Positions 21,499 through 30,852 are shown, counted from the stretch's first letter. The stretch is 64,000 nt of DNA from Bacteroidales bacterium (GCA_017962235.1 JAGCVS010000013.1:54418-118417), one strand, 5' to 3'. A program made the numbers and translations. Notes: generated by a model from the sequence alone, not told the origin.

Positions 21499-23853
21499 CT
21501 AGTCAAAAAATTCGTCCTCTTCCTGCCCGCTGCCTACACCGGACGACAAATCTTCTGCACCACCGGTGCAGCCCAGACTCATGTTCCAGCCAGGAGGTGC
21601 CACAAACTCCTCTCCGTTGGCTATGCCGATGCTCTTGTCGGCCATAACCTTCTGCATGAACAGGCCCCAGATGGGGAGCGCCATGTTGCTGCCGCCGCCG
21701 TAGAAGAGGCTTTCAAAGTGAACCTGACGGTCTTCTGCGCCCACCCAGACGCCTGCGGTGAGCTTGGGGACATATCCTATGAACCAGCCGTCGGACTGGT
21801 CGTTGGTGGTACCGGTCTTGCCGGCAGCGCCCTGAATGCCGTATTTCCACTTGATGCGGCCGGCGGTGCCTTCACTAACCACGCCCTGCATCAAGTTGAC
21901 CATCAGGTATGCCGTCTGCGCACCCAGCGCCTCCCGTTTGCGGGTGGTGAAGGTGGCCAGCAGGTTTCCCTGGCTGTCCTCTATCTTGTCCACGAACATA
22001 CTGTTCACGTATACGCCGCGCGAAGGGAAGGTGTTGTATGCCGACACCATCTCGTATACCGATATGTCGCAGGAGCCCACGCAGAGGGAATAAACGGGGT
22101 CCAGATGACTGCTGATGCCCATCTTGCGGCACATCTGTATCATCGCCTCGGGGCCGAACTGCTTCATCAGGTATGCGGATATGTTGTTGGAAGAGTGGGT
22201 CAGACCCCACTTGAGAGTCACCGTGCGGCCGATATACTCCGATTTATCGGTACTCTTGGGAGTCCAGACATCGTTCCCGATGGTGAAGCTGTAGGGGATG
22301 TTGACCACCCTGTCGCAGGGGGTGTAACCCTCCTGCATGGCCAGCGTATAGAGATACGGCTTGATGGTGGAGCCCACCTGGCGACGCCCCTGCCGTACGT
22401 TGTCGTATTTGAAATAGCGGTAATCGGGGCCGCCCACGTACGCCTTCACCTTGCCGGTGCTGGGCTCCACAGCCATCAGCGCCGCGCGCAGGAAAGACTT
22501 GTAATAGCGCAGGGAGTCGTTGGGGGTCATCACGGTATCAATGTAGCCCTTCTTGTTCCATGCGAATACGGTCATGGGGACCGGCTCGTCAAAGCTCTTG
22601 AGGATGTCTTTCTCCGGGATGCCCGCCTTCTTCATGCCCACGTAGCGGTCGCTCCACTTGCGGGCCTGATTCATCGCGCTCTCTATCACATTGGCGGGGA
22701 TATCGTTGCTGAAGGGGCGGTTGCGCTTGCCGGCCAGCTCCTTGTCAAAGGTGGGCTGCAGATCGCCGCCCAGGTGCTCCCGGATGGCCTCCTCTGCATA
22801 GCGCTGCATGCGGCTGTCTATGGTGGTGTATATCCGCAGGCCGTCCTTGTCCAGATTGTATTTGGAGCCGTCGGGCTTGAGGTTCTTGTTCAGCCAGCCG
22901 AACAGCGGGTCATCTACCCAAGCAGTGGAGTCGACCTGGAAATCTACATATTCGCGGTAATCGCTGCGGCGGGGCTTGTTGGCGTTCATGGTGCGCCGGA
23001 GCATGTCGCGCAGATAGGGGGCGAGACCGGTGTTGTGGTCCTGGCGCTGGTATGTTAGGGTGATGTCCAGCTGCTGCAGCGAGTCGCACTCGTGTTTGGT
23101 GAGATAGCCGTAGCGCTTCATCCTGGAGAGAATCAGGTTGCGGCGCTGCATGGACTGCTCATAGTTGAGGGCGGGATTGTAGCGGGTGGGCTTGTTTATC
23201 ATGCCCACCAGGCAGGCGCTCTCTTCTGTGGTGAGTTCAGACGGCCGCTTGTCAAAGAATGTGCGGGCCGCGGTATTGATGCCGTAGGCGTTGGAGCCAA
23301 AGAATACGGCATTCATATACATGGTGATAATCTCGTTCTTGGTGTAGTTGCGCTCCAGCTTGAGGGCGGTTATCCACTCGCGCAGCTTGATGTTCACCAT
23401 GTGGATCTGCTTGGCGCCGGGGAACTTGGGATAGCTCTCGTTGCGCGGGAACAGGGTCTTTGCCAGCTGCTGGGTAATGGTACTGCCGCCGCCGGCGGAG
23501 CTGTTGCGCATGGCCAGCGTCTTCACCGCCACACGCGCCAGACCGCGGAGGTCGATGCCGGAGTGATTGTAAAACCGGGCATCTTCAGTAGCCACAGCTG
23601 CGTCTATCAGAGACTGCGGCAGTTCTTCATAGGTTGCAAATGTGCGGTTTTCGATATGATATGTGGTAAGTACGCGGCCGTCGCAGCTTATAAGCTCGGT
23701 TGCCAGATTGCTTTTGTGGTTCTCCAGCTCCTCAAAAGAGGGAATCTTTGCAAACAGCGCCACAAGCAGCAGCCAGAACCCGACAAACACAAAGGGTGCG
23801 ACCAGAATAATCCACCACCACTTTATAATTGTTTTGCGAGTTTTATCTTTCAT
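21499..23853 (-). CDS. mrcA: Class A penicillin-binding protein (PBP1A; glycosyltransferase + transpeptidase)
   Basis: Start placed at the internal ATG 23851-23853 (MKDKTRKTIIKWWWIILVAPF... TM anchor). GT51 motif EDARFYNHSGID. Transpeptidase motifs STIKP, SSN and KTGTT. Confidence 0.9.
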   Translation of the reverse strand: MKDKTRKTIIKWWWIILVAPFVFVGFWLLLVALFAKIPSFEELENHKSNLATELISCDGRVLTTYHIENRTFATYEELPQSLIDAAVATEDARFYNHSGIDLRGLARVAVKTLAMRNSSAGGGSTITQQLAKTLFPRNESYPKFPGAKQIHMVNIKLREWITALKLERNYTKNEIITMYMNAVFFGSNAYGINTAARTFFDKRPSELTTEESACLVGMINKPTRYNPALNYEQSMQRRNLILSRMKRYGYLTKHECDSLQQLDITLTYQRQDHNTGLAPYLRDMLRRTMNANKPRRSDYREYVDFQVDSTAWVDDPLFGWLNKNLKPDGSKYNLDKDGLRIYTTIDSRMQRYAEEAIREHLGGDLQPTFDKELAGKRNRPFSNDIPANVIESAMNQARKWSDRYVGMKKAGIPEKDILKSFDEPVPMTVFAWNKKGYIDTVMTPNDSLRYYKSFLRAALMAVEPSTGKVKAYVGGPDYRYFKYDNVRQGRRQVGSTIKPYLYTLAMQEGYTPCDRVVNIPYSFTIGNDVWTPKSTDKSEYIGRTVTLKWGLTHSSNNISAYLMKQFGPEAMIQMCRKMGISSHLDPVYSLCVGSCDISVYEMVSAYNTFPSRGVYVNSMFVDKIEDSQGNLLATFTTRKREALGAQTAYLMVNLMQGVVSEGTAGRIKWKYGIQGAAGKTGTTNDQSDGWFIGYVPKLTAGVWVGAEDRQVHFESLFYGGGSNMALPIWGLFMQKVMADKSIGIANGEEFVAPPGWNMSLGCTGGAEDLSSGVGSGQEEDEFFD

Positions 23854-23867
23854 TTCAGAAGTTTTGG

Positions 23868-23875
23868 CAAATGTA
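23868..23875 (-). promoter_or_regulatory. Candidate -7 promoter box (TACATTTG on the minus strand) for the PBP1A gene
   Basis: The plus strand reads caaatgta, 14 nt upstream of ATG 23853. This supports the shorter start. Confidence 0.4.
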
Positions 23876-23925
23876 GAAATAAATCCTTTACTTTGCGAGC
23901 ACTTAAAGTTAATAATGGAGTCAAC

Positions 23926-26205
23926 ATGGGAGAAAATCTGGTAATTGTAGAGTCCCCGGCAAAAGCAAAGACTATCGGGAGATTTTTGGGAGAAGGATAT
24001 GTAGTGAAGTCGAGTTACGGGCACATCCGCGATTTGACCAAGAATAACGACAGCATTGACGTCGCGCACGGTTTTGAGCCTAAATACGAGGTGTCACCGG
24101 ACAAGAAAAAGGTGGTAGCGGACCTCAAGAAATCGGCCGACAAAGCCTCCATGGTGTGGCTCGCATCCGATGAAGACCGCGAGGGAGAAGCCATTGCATG
24201 GCATATCTTTGACACACTCGGGCTCAGCGCCGGCAACACCAAGCGCATCGCCTTTCACGAGATAACCAAGAACGCCATTGTGGAGGCGCTGGAGCATCCG
24301 CGCAACATAGACATGGACCTGGTTATGGCGCAGCAGGCGCGCCGTGTGCTGGACCGTCTGGTGGGTTTTGAACTTTCCCCCATCCTGTGGCGCAAAGTGC
24401 AGGGCAACCTCTCCGCCGGCCGCGTACAGTCGGTGGCCGTCCGCCTGATTGTAGACCGCGAGCGCGAAATCGCCGCATACGATTATCGTCCTTATTTCAG
24501 GGTAGAAGGCACCTTCACCGTAAAGGGCAACCGCAGCCATCTGCGCGGGGTGCTGGATAAAAAATTCGCCACCAAAGAAGAGGCGCATGCCTTTCTTACG
24601 CACTGCATCGGCTGCAACTTTGCAGTGGGCCATATCGATACCAAGAAGGGCACCAAATCGCCCGCGGCACCTTTCACCACAAGCGTGCTGCAGCAGGAGG
24701 CGGCCCGCAAGCTGGGCTTCAGCGTGAGCGCCACCATGCAGGTCGCACAGTCGCTTTACGAGCGAGGTCTTATCACCTACATGCGTACCGACTCCGTTAA
24801 CCTGTCGTCACTGGCCATCAATACCGCAAAGCAGTATATCACCGCCAACTTTGGTGCGGAGTATTCCCGTCCGCGCCAGTACAAAACCAAGTCCAAAGGG
24901 GCTCAGGAGGCGCACGAGGCTATCCGTCCGACATATCTGCAGAACACCCAGATAGAGGGTTCCGCAGCAGAGAAGCGTCTCTACGAACTCATCTGGAAGC
25001 GCACCATAGCCAGCCAGATGGCCGACGCGCAGGTAGAGCGCACCACCGTTGAGGTGAAAGGCGACAAGATCAAAGAAAAATTCATAATGGAGGCGGAGAA
25101 GGTGCTCTTCGACGGCTTCCTTAAGGTTTATATCGAGGGCCGTGACGATGAGGAGGAGCAGGGCAAGACCGCTTCGCTGCCGACACTCACCCCCAAAGAG
25201 CCCATGCAGTGCCTGGAAATAGAGGCGCGCGAAAGGCTTACCCAGGGCCCCCAGCGTTACAGCGAGGCGACTCTGGTGAAGAAGCTGGAAGAGCTGGGCA
25301 TCGGGCGCCCGTCTACCTATGCCCCCACCATCTCCACGATATTCAAACGCGGCTACATTGTTAAGGGCGATGTTCCCGGACGAGCATACAACTGCACCGT
25401 GCTTTCCCTCAAGGGGGGCGAGATTTCCGCTTCCACCGCAAAGGAGACCGTGGGCAAAGAGAAGAAGAAACTGCTGCCGGAGAACATAGGCATAGTGGTT
25501 ACGGACTATCTGGCAGCCAACTTCCCCGAGATTCTGGACTATAACTTCACCGCCAAGGTAGAGGAGGATTTTGACGATATCGCCAAGGGACGCAAGGTTT
25601 GGAACAAGGTTATCGGCAAGTTCTATACCCCCTTCCACGCCACCGTGCAGGAGAAAATGGAGGATAACGAATTCACCCGCGCAGAGCGCGTGATTGGTGT
25701 GGATCCCGAAAGCGGCAAACCCATCATCGCCCGAATGGGACGCTACAGCCCCATCGTTCAGAAGGGCGCCAACGACGACCCCGACAAACAGTTTGCCGGC
25801 ATGAAGAAGGGGCAGCTGATAGAGACCCTCTCCCTGGAAGAGGCGCTCAAGCTGTTCGATCTGCCGCGCAAGGTGGGCACCTTTGAGGGTGGCGAAATCA
25901 CCGCCGCCATCGGCCGGTTCGGCCCGTACATCAAGCATGGCGGCAAGTTCTATTCGCTGGGCAAGGCGTTCTCGCCGTACACGATAACGGAAGAAGAGGC
26001 GGAGCAGGTAATCCGCGAGAAGCGTGCGGCAGACGAGGCGGCGTTCATCTCCTCATTCCCCGAGCACGACATTGAAATCCGCGCCGGCCGCTTCGGGCCG
26101 TACATCAAGCACGGCGGCAAGAACTACAAGATACCCAAGAAGGCCGACCCCAAGAGCCTCACTGCAGAGCAGTGCCTGGAACTGATAAACAATCAAAATA
26201 AATAA
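23926..26205 (+). CDS. topA: DNA topoisomerase I
   Basis: Start placed at ATG 23926 (MGENLVIVESPAKAKTIGRFLG, Toprim). Active-site region GLITYMRTDS. Two C-terminal GRFGPYIKHGGK repeats. The track ORF (from 23092) extends upstream through the antisense of the PBP1A gene. Confidence 0.95.
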   Translation: MGENLVIVESPAKAKTIGRFLGEGYVVKSSYGHIRDLTKNNDSIDVAHGFEPKYEVSPDKKKVVADLKKSADKASMVWLASDEDREGEAIAWHIFDTLGLSAGNTKRIAFHEITKNAIVEALEHPRNIDMDLVMAQQARRVLDRLVGFELSPILWRKVQGNLSAGRVQSVAVRLIVDREREIAAYDYRPYFRVEGTFTVKGNRSHLRGVLDKKFATKEEAHAFLTHCIGCNFAVGHIDTKKGTKSPAAPFTTSVLQQEAARKLGFSVSATMQVAQSLYERGLITYMRTDSVNLSSLAINTAKQYITANFGAEYSRPRQYKTKSKGAQEAHEAIRPTYLQNTQIEGSAAEKRLYELIWKRTIASQMADAQVERTTVEVKGDKIKEKFIMEAEKVLFDGFLKVYIEGRDDEEEQGKTASLPTLTPKEPMQCLEIEARERLTQGPQRYSEATLVKKLEELGIGRPSTYAPTISTIFKRGYIVKGDVPGRAYNCTVLSLKGGEISASTAKETVGKEKKKLLPENIGIVVTDYLAANFPEILDYNFTAKVEEDFDDIAKGRKVWNKVIGKFYTPFHATVQEKMEDNEFTRAERVIGVDPESGKPIIARMGRYSPIVQKGANDDPDKQFAGMKKGQLIETLSLEEALKLFDLPRKVGTFEGGEITAAIGRFGPYIKHGGKFYSLGKAFSPYTITEEEAEQVIREKRAADEAAFISSFPEHDIEIRAGRFGPYIKHGGKNYKIPKKADPKSLTAEQCLELINNQNK

Positions 26206-26210
26206 CTACT

Positions 26211-26738
26211 ATGCCTATCAATACTGAAGGACATCAGCTTGATGCCACCGACCTTAAAATACTTGCGTTTCTGGTAAAGAATGCACGTATGCCTTATCTG
26301 GAGATCTCCCGTGAATGCGGCATCTCCGGCGCAGCTATCCATCAGAGAGTCAAGAAGATGGAGACCATGGGCATAATCACCGGCAGCCGCCTGCTGGTAA
26401 AGCCCCAGGCCCTTGGCCTGAACGTGTGTGCATACATCGGTATAGCCCTCTCCAGCGCCAACGAATACAACCACGTGGTGCAGGAGCTCAAGAAGCTTCC
26501 GGAGGTGGTAGAGTGCAACTTTGTCACCGGCGTCCATGCCTTGCTGATAAAGATTTACTGCTTTGACAACGAACACCTCATGAAGGTGCTCATTAACACC
26601 ATCCAGAACATAGAGGGCATAGAGCGCACCGAGACCTGGATCTCCCTTGAGCAGGCCTTCGAGCGCCAGGTATGGGTTAAGGACTACGGCGACAACAAAG
26701 CCCCCGACAAACCCAAAGCCAAGAAGAAGGTCAAATAG
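26211..26738 (+). CDS. Lrp/AsnC family transcriptional regulator
   Basis: 175 aa. N-terminal HTH (LDATDLKILAFLVKNARMPYLEISRECGISGAAIHQRVKKM) followed by a RAM/AsnC_trans_reg domain. Confidence 0.85.
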   Translation: MPINTEGHQLDATDLKILAFLVKNARMPYLEISRECGISGAAIHQRVKKMETMGIITGSRLLVKPQALGLNVCAYIGIALSSANEYNHVVQELKKLPEVVECNFVTGVHALLIKIYCFDNEHLMKVLINTIQNIEGIERTETWISLEQAFERQVWVKDYGDNKAPDKPKAKKKVK

Positions 26739-26751
26739 TACACGGCCAAAG

Positions 26752-26781
26752 AAGCCCGACGCGGAAAGCGCCGGGCTTTTT
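26752..26781 (+). terminator. Rho-independent terminator after the lrp-like gene
   Basis: Stem aagcccgacgc / gcgccgggctt (one mismatch), loop ggaaa, then a T5 run. Confidence 0.7.
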
Positions 26782-26813
26782 CGGGTGATGGGATAGGCCA
26801 GGGGGGATGGCCG

Positions 26814-27248
26814 TTATTCTCTGCTGGGCATCGCCAGCCAGATAAGTATCAGGATGCTGAGGCCAAGCGAGATTATTGTCAGTATAGGCATAATGATATT
26901 CGCGAAGGGTGCGACCTCGTCATAACCAGGTGACATTCCCTGCAACAGGTATCCTGAGAGGAAACCGTATATGACAGTGCCCATTCCTACGAGCAGCCAT
27001 ATTACCACACACCATCCGGAGCGTCCGACATCGTGCATTCTCCTGACAGCTACAGCCAGCGTCGGCAGTAACAGCAATAAGCCGGCGATGAACAGCGCGT
27101 ACAAAGGGATCCTGGTAATTATCGTGATTCCCAGAATAATGGCGAAAAGTACCACGAGAAACAGCGCCCAGCTCAAGAACTCACTTCTAGAAGCGACCCC
27201 TTTGAAAGAGGCATACTTCTTAATAACTGTTAATAGATTTGATATCAT
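26814..27248 (-). CDS. DUF805 family inner-membrane protein
   Basis: 144 aa with 4 TM segments. Has the family signature RRMHDVGRSGW. Confidence 0.7.
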   Translation of the reverse strand: MISNLLTVIKKYASFKGVASRSEFLSWALFLVVLFAIILGITIITRIPLYALFIAGLLLLLPTLAVAVRRMHDVGRSGWCVVIWLLVGMGTVIYGFLSGYLLQGMSPGYDEVAPFANIIMPILTIISLGLSILILIWLAMPSRE

Positions 27249-27257
27249 AGTAACCTA

Positions 27258-28589
27258 CTAATGATTGAAAATTTCTCCCAAGTCAAATACAATGACATTG
27301 TACTTCTTATACGATGATGCCATCTTTCTGGGTTTTTCGAACTCCGTGTAACGTGATGCCTCCGTCGCCTCTCTGCCCACCAGTTCAATGTTTTTAATCC
27401 TACCGGAGGTAATGCCACAGACTAGTCCATTATCATCGGCTACATATCTGACACCGTCACAATAAACGATAGCATTGGAAAGCGGTGCATACATACGTGC
27501 CGCTCCTGGCATGATATAGATATTACCGTCTTTTTCAATTTCCTGCCTATGCTGAGCCCACAACTCATTCACAAAGACGCTGTCCTGGCCGTGATAAACC
27601 ACCGTACTGACCCCGACGAGCAGCAGGGCATCATTGGGTCTGACCACTGAAGCGATATTCTTTATATAGTTTTCTTCAAACTTTGCAGCAGAACGGTCTT
27701 CTGTGTTGGCCGACAGTAACAGGCAAGCCAGAATCAAGGGGATAAATACCAGCGCCCGGACAACCACTCTGCTAGCTGATTTGCTCTTTAACATCATATC
27801 GATTCTGGTTTTGATTGCGCTATGATTAAAGCCATTGGCCATGATAAGACGATCCTTACCAACTGCCCGGCCAAGGACCAGACGCTGATAAGTGCGAGGG
27901 TCAACGTCTGACTGAAGTACCATCTCATCAGCCTCATACTCGTGGATTAACAACAAGTCCTTCCGTAACAGCCAGATGGCAGGATTGAACCATTGCATGG
28001 CCGATACCACTCCGATGGTTAGAACATCGTAAGAGTGGCCCAATGCCAGATGTGCTTTCTCGTGCAATAGTATCGAGTTATCCTGTCGCTGCCAATCCTC
28101 AGGTGAGATAAAAACCCACCTCATCCAGTTGAACGGGATATCTGCCCGGTCCGTCACGACCACATTCGTGCCGTCCTGCATCTTAATGCGTCTGCCTTGC
28201 CTCCTTATCCCAACGATGTGAAATATTGACAATGCATACCATACGAGGATGGATGCCACGCCTGCCAGATAAATGGCCATTATTACATATAGCAGCGTGT
28301 TCGCCATCCATGCAATCCCGTTTGCATCTGCTATTTGGGCACCATCAACATGCCGGACTAACGAAACATTGTCCAGAAACAGACGGAATGGGTTATCGGT
28401 AATATTTGCCACTGAGCCACTGTTGATATGAATCAGTGATATTGGCAATAAGAAGGAGATCAGGGTAATACACAACAGAATGATTCTGTTAGCCCTATGG
28501 CAGGTCTCACGTTTGAGTATCAGCCTCCAGCAGACATAGAACACCGCCAGGATTAGTGCCGCCTTCAGTATATAAAAGAGATAATCCAT
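27258..28589 (-). CDS. M56 family BlaR1-like membrane metalloprotease / signal transducer with an unrecognised C-terminal domain
   Basis: 443 aa. N-terminal TM segments and the HEKAHLALGH (HExxH) zinc site. Starts 4 nt after the blaI-like stop. The C-terminal ~150 aa is not a penicillin-binding or TonB_C domain that I recognise. Confidence 0.75.
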   Translation of the reverse strand: MDYLFYILKAALILAVFYVCWRLILKRETCHRANRIILLCITLISFLLPISLIHINSGSVANITDNPFRLFLDNVSLVRHVDGAQIADANGIAWMANTLLYVIMAIYLAGVASILVWYALSIFHIVGIRRQGRRIKMQDGTNVVVTDRADIPFNWMRWVFISPEDWQRQDNSILLHEKAHLALGHSYDVLTIGVVSAMQWFNPAIWLLRKDLLLIHEYEADEMVLQSDVDPRTYQRLVLGRAVGKDRLIMANGFNHSAIKTRIDMMLKSKSASRVVVRALVFIPLILACLLLSANTEDRSAAKFEENYIKNIASVVRPNDALLLVGVSTVVYHGQDSVFVNELWAQHRQEIEKDGNIYIMPGAARMYAPLSNAIVYCDGVRYVADDNGLVCGITSGRIKNIELVGREATEASRYTEFEKPRKMASSYKKYNVIVFDLGEIFNH

Positions 28590-28593
28590 ATCG

Positions 28594-28956
28594 CTACTTG
28601 CTTTTTTCTATCCTGTCAAGCAGTTCACGCAACTCTTCTACGGATATCTTTTCTTCACTGACCAAAGCCGAAACCACATTGAGAGCATGCTTGGAATAAA
28701 ACTTATCCACAAATGACATAAGCGATTGCTTGTTAAAGTTTTCTCTATCCACAGCTGCGTAATACTGGAACGTGTTACCCATGTCATTATGAGAAATCAG
28801 GCCTCTTGCCTCCAGGGCACGCACGAAAGTGGACACGGTATTGAAATGAGGCTTGGGGTCATCATAGTAATCTATCATCTCCTTAACCGACATTGGGCCG
28901 TGCTCCCAAAGCAGGTTCATAATGATCTCTTCTTTTGCTGTAAGCTTGGTGTTCAT
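28594..28956 (-). CDS. BlaI/MecI/CopY family winged-helix repressor
   Basis: 120 aa. LTAKEEIIMNLLWEHGPMSVKEMIDYY...FNTVSTFVRALEARGLI is the typical Penicillinase_R fold pattern. Paired with the M56 gene. Confidence 0.85.
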   Translation of the reverse strand: MNTKLTAKEEIIMNLLWEHGPMSVKEMIDYYDDPKPHFNTVSTFVRALEARGLISHNDMGNTFQYYAAVDRENFNKQSLMSFVDKFYSKHALNVVSALVSEEKISVEELRELLDRIEKSK

Positions 28957-28982
28957 CTTTATGAGTTAAGACAATGCAAATC

Positions 28983-29003
28983 TAAACTAAAATAATTAGT
29001 TTA
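28983..29003. promoter_or_regulatory. Perfect palindrome, candidate BlaI-family operator overlapping the blaI promoter
   Basis: TAAACTAA-aataa-TTAGTTTA, 27-47 nt upstream of the blaI ATG (28956). It abuts a minus-strand -7 box TAGATTTG (plus-strand caaatcta, 28977-28984). Confidence 0.45.
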
Positions 29004-29137
29004 CTAAAAACGTGACATGCACATTTTGTCGCAAAGTGTCAAAAGTGGCGGAGGATAGGGGTGTGTAAAGCGCTGAGATTTAGCTGAATCGTGTGCAAAA
29101 AATTTGGTCGCAAATCTGTAAAAATTTTGCAAAAAAG

Positions 29138-29168
29138 TTTGCAGGTTTCGCGAATTTGTATACCTTTG
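29138..29168 (+). promoter_or_regulatory. Candidate Bacteroidota sigma-A promoter for the ribosomal-protein cluster
   Basis: TTTG (29138-29141), a 19-nt spacer, then TACCTTTG (29161-29168). This matches the -33 TTTG / -7 TAnnTTTG consensus and is preceded by an A/T-rich TTTGC/GCAAA-rich stretch. Confidence 0.5.
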
Positions 29169-29171
29169 CAG

Positions 29172-29202
29172 TCCTTAATTCCGCCACCAGCGCTATTAAG
29201 GA
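29172..29202 (+). promoter_or_regulatory. Stem-loop in the predicted rplP leader
   Basis: tccttaat (29172-29179) pairs perfectly with attaagga (29195-29202) around a 15-nt loop. It lies between the -7 box and the rplP ATG (29245). Confidence 0.4.
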
Positions 29203-29244
29203 GCTGATAGACAGAAAATTAGCAATTATTTAAATAACACGACA

Positions 29245-29673
29245 ATGTTACAACCTAAGAAAACCAAATTTAGAAGGCAGCAGAAAGGCCGTATGAAAGG
29301 CAACGCGGGCAGGGGCAACCAACTCGCTTTCGGTTCATTTGGTCTTAAGACACTGGAAAGCTGCTGGCTCACCGGTCAGCAGATCGAAGCGGCCCGTCAG
29401 GCAATCGCACGTCACATGAAACGTGAAGGTAACCTCTGGATCCGCGTTTTCCCCGACAAGCCTTACACTAAGAAACCCGCTGAGGTACGTATGGGTAAGG
29501 GTAAAGGTAATCCTGAAGGATTCGTTGCCCCCATCACTCCCGGCCGTATCATCTTTGAGGCAGAGGGCGTTCCCGCTCAGATTGCAAAAGAGGCTCTGGA
29601 GCTCGGTGCTCAGAAACTCCCCATCTCTTGCAAGTTCATCGTAAGAAGGGATTATGTTGAATCAATGAATTAA
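29245..29673 (+). CDS. rplP: 50S ribosomal protein L16
   Basis: 142 aa; [19 protein letters not shown]... is canonical L16. Confidence 0.95.
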   Translation: MLQPKKTKFRRQQKGRMKGNAGRGNQLAFGSFGLKTLESCWLTGQQIEAARQAIARHMKREGNLWIRVFPDKPYTKKPAEVRMGKGKGNPEGFVAPITPGRIIFEAEGVPAQIAKEALELGAQKLPISCKFIVRRDYVESMN

Positions 29674-29684
29674 GGAGAATAGAA

Positions 29685-29888
29685 ATGAAAGCTAAAGAAA
29701 TTCGCGAGATGGCTCTCAAGGACCTCGAAGAAAGGATTGAGACCGAAAAGCAGAATCTTTCTGTAATGAAGATGAATCACGTCATCTCTCCTCTGGACAA
29801 CACTTCCGTTATCGCAAAGTCACGCCGCGATATCGCACGTATGATTACTATTCTCGAGCAGAGAAAGAAAAACGAATCAGCACAATAA
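29685..29888 (+). CDS. rpmC: 50S ribosomal protein L29
   Basis: 67 aa; MKAKEIREMALKDLEERIETEKQNL; follows rplP. Confidence 0.9.
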   Translation: MKAKEIREMALKDLEERIETEKQNLSVMKMNHVISPLDNTSVIAKSRRDIARMITILEQRKKNESAQ

Positions 29889-29897
29889 CATAGACTT

Positions 29898-30152
29898 ATG
29901 GAAAGAAATCTTCGCAAAGAAAGAGTCGGGATTGTGGTAAGCAACAAAATGGACAAGTCTATCGTTGTTGCTGTCAAGACCAAAGAGAAACATCCCATTT
30001 ACGGCAAGTTCGTAAATAAAACCACCAAGTTCGTCGCACAGGACGATAAGAACGAGTGCAGCGAAGGCGATAAGGTTCGCATCATGGAGACCCGTCCCCT
30101 GAGTAAGACCAAACGCTGGAGATTAGTAGAAATCGTAGAAAAAGTTAAGTAA
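29898..30152 (+). CDS. rpsQ: 30S ribosomal protein S17
   Basis: 84 aa; [19 protein letters not shown]...[14 protein letters not shown]. Confidence 0.95.
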   Translation: MERNLRKERVGIVVSNKMDKSIVVAVKTKEKHPIYGKFVNKTTKFVAQDDKNECSEGDKVRIMETRPLSKTKRWRLVEIVEKVK

Positions 30153-30154
30153 TC

Positions 30155-30520
30155 ATGATACAACAGGAAACACGTTTGTTAGTGGCTGACAACAGCGGCG
30201 CAAAGGAAGTCCTCTGCATCCGCGTGCTCGGTGGTACCCGCCATCGCTATGCAACTGTCGGCGACAAGATAGTTGTGGCTGTAAAGAGCGCAATCCCCGG
30301 CGGCAACACCAAGAAGGGTACCGTTTCCAATGCAGTCGTAGTCCGCACAAAGAAAGAGATTCGCCGTCCCGACGGTTCTTACATCCGTTTTGACGACAAT
30401 GCATGTGTATTGCTCACTAAGGCCGGTGAGGTTGTGGGTACCCGTATCTTCGGTCCCGTTGCCCGCGAGCTGCGTGAGAATTATATGAAAATCGTTTCAC
30501 TCGCACCCGAGGTTATTTAA
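30155..30520 (+). CDS. rplN: 50S ribosomal protein L14
   Basis: 121 aa; [27 protein letters not shown]. Confidence 0.95.
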   Translation: MIQQETRLLVADNSGAKEVLCIRVLGGTRHRYATVGDKIVVAVKSAIPGGNTKKGTVSNAVVVRTKKEIRRPDGSYIRFDDNACVLLTKAGEVVGTRIFGPVARELRENYMKIVSLAPEVI

Positions 30521-30531
30521 TTAGCGCGATT

Positions 30532-30852
30532 ATGAAAAAGTTACATATTAAGAAAGGTGATACGGTTTACGTGAATGCCGGCAACGACAAGGGCAAGACC
30601 GGTCAGGTGCTCGAGGTTCTCAAGGATAAGGACCGCGCCATCGTGGAAGGCATCAACATGGTAAGCAAACACACCAAACCCAACGCACAGCACCCTCAGG
30701 GTGGTATTATTAAACAGGAAGCTGGCATACATATCTCAAATCTGCAGCTTGTCGACCCCGTCAAGGGCGGTCCCACAAGGATTGGCCGTCGCACCGGCAA
30801 GAACGGCAAACTGGTACGCTACGCTAAAAAATCAGGAGAGGAGATTAAATAA
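30532..30852 (+). CDS. rplX: 50S ribosomal protein L24
   Basis: 106 aa with a KOW motif; [24 protein letters not shown]. Confidence 0.95.
   Translation: MKKLHIKKGDTVYVNAGNDKGKTGQVLEVLKDKDRAIVEGINMVSKHTKPNAQHPQGGIIKQEAGIHISNLQLVDPVKGGPTRIGRRTGKNGKLVRYAKKSGEEIK

Noticed and set aside
21718-23058. 446-aa plus-strand ORF
   Set aside because: It is antisense to the PBP1A gene, whose GT51 and transpeptidase motifs fix the true strand.
23092-23925. 278-codon N-terminal extension of the topA ORF (the track gives 1037 aa)
   Set aside because: The extension runs antisense through the PBP1A gene. The Toprim motif starts right after ATG 23926.
23854-24069. 72-codon N-terminal extension of the PBP1A ORF
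   Set aside because: It would run through the promoter region and into topA. A -7 box lies at 23868-23875, and the TM anchor follows the internal ATG.
24808-25938. 376-aa minus-strand ORF
   Set aside because: It is antisense to topA.
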